A DNA stretch of 64,000 nt from the human T2T-CHM13v2.0 reference genome, Homo sapiens: NCBI RefSeq assembly GCF_009914755.1, contig NC_060947.1, one strand, 5' to 3'. The notes beneath the pieces were generated by a model, which was not told the origin of the DNA, did not search any database, and was given only the letters and a program-made list of their open reading frames with translations. Position numbers and translations under genes: made by a program. Of this stretch, positions 59,063 to 64,000 are shown piece after piece. Positions within the stretch are counted from its first letter, which is position 1; every line of letters begins with the position of its first letter.

Positions 59063-61513
59063 CCTTGTCCTCTTAATTTTGAAAGACTCCAGCAACCAGT
59101 CTTTGTGCTCTTCCCTTACTATGTTCTATGTGATCCCACCTAATCTCCTGAGTTTAAATACAACCCAATGCTGCTGTGTCCCAAATGCCTATCTTCAGTC
59201 CAGAAGTCTCCCCTGAACTCCAGACTTCTGTCTGCAGCTACCTCTTTGACTCCATCACTGGGTTGTCTGGTAGCGTCTCAAAGAACAGATCCACGCCAAA
59301 CACTTTCTTGGTATTTTTCCCAAACATGCTACTGCTGTATGTTTAGTAAATGGCAACTCTGTTCTTCCATTTGATCAAGCCCCCAGACCTTGAAGTCTTT
59401 GCCTCTTTCCTCACTTATTACAGCCAACCCATTGACTTGTCAATCCATTGACCAATCCAACACAGTTTGTTGACTTTAATAATTTCACAGTATATCCAGA
59501 TTCTGACCACTTCTCACAACCTCCATGACCACCACCCTGGTACCAGCCACCATCAGTCCTAGCCTGGGTTACTCTACTAATCTGCTAAATGGTCTCCTTG
59601 CTTCTGCCCTTGCATCTCTCACTCCATCATCTATTCCTACCCCAGCAACCAGAAGGGTCCTTTCAGAGCATAAGCCAGATTATGGAAAGTCCTTCAACGA
59701 CGTAATCAAAGTTCCTACAATGGCCTACCTGATATGGCTCACTGTCTCCTTTGTGACAGATCTCTCTTCACTTCCCTCTTATTCACCACACTCTAGCCAT
59801 ACCAGCTTCCTTGGTTTCCTTCTAACACGCTGGACACACTGTTGCCTCATGTGATCTCATTTGCTGATCGCTCTGGCTCGAACACTCTTTGTCTAATCAT
59901 ATGCCAGTCTTTGCTCAAATGTCACCTTCTTAGAAAGTCCTTCTTTGACCCACTCGATTTAAAACTGTGCTCCTGCTCCCTTTCCAGTTTCTCCGTAGCA
60001 CTTATCATCTGGCATACTCTATCTTTTACTTACTTACCGTTTGTCTTCTCCAACCAGAGCACCAGCTCTGTAAGAAGAGAGGCTTTTGCTTGTTCTGTTC
60101 TGTGATGTATCCTTAGTTCTAGAATAGCTTGGCACAGAGTAGGCACTCAATAAATATTTGTTGGATAAACACATGAATAAAAAAAAAGTGTCATTTCAAA
60201 CACAATCAACTGGGTACCACATCCTGTCTCAAACCAAAACTCTTTTTTCATAGTGCACTTCTATGCCGACTTTTTTGAAATCTGATGCCTCACTCCACAC
60301 TCCCTCATCCCAGCATGGTTAAGGTCTCCATGTCCAAGCCCATATCTTCCCTGTGCTTTTCTCTGTATAAGCTTCATCAATATGTATGTATATGAGTCAT
60401 TTTTTCCCAATCAAAACTGCCAACAATCTTGTCTGCACTTGCTGTCTCCTTTTTCTTACTTCCCACACATTCCTCACCTCACTCTGATCTGACTTCCTTT
60501 TCTATCATGTCACTAAAACAGTTTCTGTTAAGGTTCCAAGGCTCTCTGTGTCACCAAATCCCTTGGTCACTTTTGATCCTTATCTTTCTTCGCTCACATG
60601 CCTTCTTTTTGAAACCCGCTCTGTCCTTGACTTCCAGTCCCCAGCACTCTTCTGGTTTGTCTTCTATTGCTCCAACTGCTCCTTTGCAGGGTCTTCTTTT
60701 AGTCAACCTCTAAACAAAGAGTTTCTTAAGTTACAGCCTAAGACCTTCTCCTCTTCCTAGTGTTTACTCTAAATTTTCAGTCTCAGCCATCTATGGCTTC
60801 AGTCATCCCTGTACATAGACAACTTTCAAGCCTATACCTCCAGCCCAGACCTCTCCTGTGAGCTCCAGACCCATAAACTTATGGTTTGATGAACACATGT
60901 CCTCTTGGATATCACAAAAGCCCTTCAAACTTAACATGCTCAAAATCAAACTCATGATCTTCCTCCCTACTCTTTCTCCTTATATTCCTTCAGTGTTCCC
61001 TATATCAATGAATAGTACCACATTCATCCAATTGCAGAGCCAGAAATCCAAGTGTCATTCTTGCTGTCTCCATCTCCACCATATCGAATTCATCACCTAA
61101 TTCTGACAATTTTACTTCCAAAATAGTGTATTTCAAGTTCACCAATTTCTCTCAATATCCACTATAACCACCCCAAGTCTAGCCACCATTATCTCTGGCC
61201 TCAACAACAGTAGCCTCCTAATTGACCTCTCCCTTTCCACTGTAGCATGCTCCAAGAACTCCCCATGCTACAGCCAAAGTGATCTTTTGAAAATGTGAAT
61301 CAGATGATTTCAAATTACTGCTTAAAATTCTCTATGACTTCCCACAGTTCTTAGGAATCAGGCAGAAATCTTTTGTGTGGCATCTAGCTCTGGCATGTTG
61401 GCATCTAGCTCTGGCTCCTGTGTATACCTCCAGCCATACTTCTCACCTTGCACTTCTGTGTTGGTCCTCTTCTAGTTTACCAATAAATCCAATCCTGTTT
61501 GATCTTGCTATAG

Positions 61514-61922
<409 letters not shown>

Positions 61923-62104
61923 TAAGGAAAGCCTTTCCTGACCTCCCTGATTCAGACAGATTCTCCCATCCTACTCCTTAATAGCACCATGTACTTATCT
62001 CTCCTTCGGAGCACTTTTCTCAGTTGCAATTCTCCATTTATTCATGGGATAATATAATTGATATCTATCTTTCCCATCAGACTAGAAGTCTATTATAACA
62101 GGTT

Positions 62105-62400
62105 CTTTTTATTTTTCTTCAGAGACAGGGTCTGTCTCTGTCACCAGGCTGGAGTGCAGTGGCATGATCATAGCTCACTGTAGCCCTGAGCTTCTGGCCT
62201 CAAGCAAGCCTCCCACTCAGTCTCTCAAGTAGCTGGAACTACAAGCGTGTATCACCAAACCCGGCTAACTTTTAAATTTTTTGTAGAGACAAGGTCTCCC
62301 TATGTTGCCTAGGCTGGTCTCAAACTCCTGGCTTCAAGCGATCTTCCCACCTTGGCCTCCCAAAGTGCTGGGACTATAGGTGTGTGCCACTGTGCCCAGC
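62105..62400 (-). mobile_element. AluJ-type
   Basis: Reverse Alu; GGGTTCT/GGTTCT flanks. Confidence 0.88.
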
Positions 62401-64000
62401 TGAGAAGGGGTTCTGATCTGTCTTTCCTTACCATTGTATTCCAGCATCCAATACAGTGCCTGGCACAGAGTGGGAGTTAAACAAATGTTTGTTGAATGAA
62501 TTAATGACAAAGAGACTATTGGTGACCTTAATGAGAGCAACTTAAGAGGTGAGATAGGTAAAGGTAAGGGGCTGTGGTCAGAAAATGTGATGACTACATG
62601 AGGAATTTCAGAGGATCAGTACATTTGGGTCATGACTATGGAAGGGGTAGATTAGGAGTGGGGAGGGAAGTTTACTGAAATGAGATGGCTGGCACATGAA
62701 GCAGGGCCCACTACTCCTTGAAAGTCTTCATGGCCATATATGGTGACAGGCAGATGCAGGGGTATGAAGAGGGCTCCAGTGTTTCTTTGCTTTCCTCTCT
62801 TCCAAATTCAGGTCTCCTCAACAGTGGCCTTAGGCTCATTACTAGGCCCTTGGTTGTGGGTCCACAGAAGTGATAGCCACATAGAGGCAGCAGTTTCTCA
62901 TAGACTGTCCCACAACTCCTCTTTGTCATTGACTTAAACAGCTAAACGTGCTTAACTTTCCATGTTTTCCTGCAAGCCCTGACTTGTCCACCACACCAGT
63001 GCTTTAGGGGGAGTCATTAGTAACTCTTGATCTGATCTTTCAATGCTCTCTTCTGGACCTTCACTTCCCAGCTCTTCCCACCCTTTTGCAAAGTCGGATT
63101 TCCCAGAATCCCCATAGTGGCTCTGCTTTCCTGACTGAACTATGACTGGTACAGTTATGGCTAGGTTCCTCTTGGACACCAAAGTCACCCAAAAGGATAG
63201 TCCAGCTTTGGAGTAGGAGGAAGACAGTAAACTAAATCTCCAGTGACTGAGGCGCCATGACTAGGAGGTCATTAGATGATGGCAACCAGGAGGGAAATAG
63301 AGTGGTGGAACCAACTAGATAGACTGAGTGGCTAAAAATTAGGGGGTTTTACATGCAGGTGGCAGAACAGTGGCCTGAGCAAAGCACTATAGAATGAGGA
63401 GAATGCTTACCCTTCTCCTACTCTTAGGTGAGGGGCTCCCAAGATACGCAGGTGAAAGCCAGGGCTCAGAATGAGAAGGTAGAGAAAGACTCCAGTTAAG
63501 AAAGCCAGACTAGAGTTTGATTTTATAGACTAGGGGTGGTTGAACAGTGCAGTGGCTGAACACCACTGTGCTGTTCATGTGTATGTGAAACAGCCACATA
63601 CACAAGTGAGCTTGAGAGAATTGTTTGCCTCCTCTGTGCCTCAATGTCCCCATCAGTGCAATGAGACCATGATAGTACCTACCTTATAGGACTACTGAGG
63701 AAATTAAAGGAGTTAATGCATGCAAAGTGCAAAGAACAATACTCCCTTAAAGTAGTGCTTAACAAGTAATACATACTCACTGAAGTTTTTTTTTTTTTTT
63801 TCATTTGGCCCTTATCAAAACTCTGAGGTGTCAGCAAGGTAGGGATTATTGCCCCCAGTTGAAGAATGTGATACCCTGAGAGGTTATGGAGTTTTCCAAG
63901 AATCACACTTAGGAATAGAGTTCAGACAAGTCCCTGGTCTCCTAACTTGCTGGCCAACACATTTTCTACCACTGCTCCCTGCATTAGGAGTTCTGAGAAA

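Noticed and set aside
61378-61415. TGGCATCTAGCTCTGGC repeated twice
   Set aside because: Ordinary slippage duplication within an L2.

Overview
This window looks like primate (very likely human/hominoid) non-coding genomic DNA, dominated by interspersed repeats. It holds about 30 Alus (J, S and Y types), young and old L1 fragments, L2, MIR, CR1/L3 and RTE-X/L4 fossils, MaLR/ERVL LTRs, and Tigger, hAT and Tc2 DNA-transposon relics. No protein-coding gene, tRNA or rRNA can be supported: all ORF-track entries I could interpret come from repeats or low-complexity DNA. The clearest functional candidate is a small CpG-rich island at ~54.3-54.75 kb containing a strong CTCF motif (core plus upstream module), an E-box and a GC-box. 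The most unusual structure is at 45.7-46.4 kb: a tail-less AluSp-like element fused to an SVA2-type VNTR, 3' unique region and poly(A), with one target-site duplication (TSD) around the whole unit. Other oddities include two AluY elements at the same nick with a triplicated TSD, a ~450-bp local duplication, a THE1 LTR fused to a HERV-L pol fragment, and an L1PA 5' end lacking its 3' part. Subfamily calls come from remembered consensus features, not alignments. Old-repeat boundaries are approximate.
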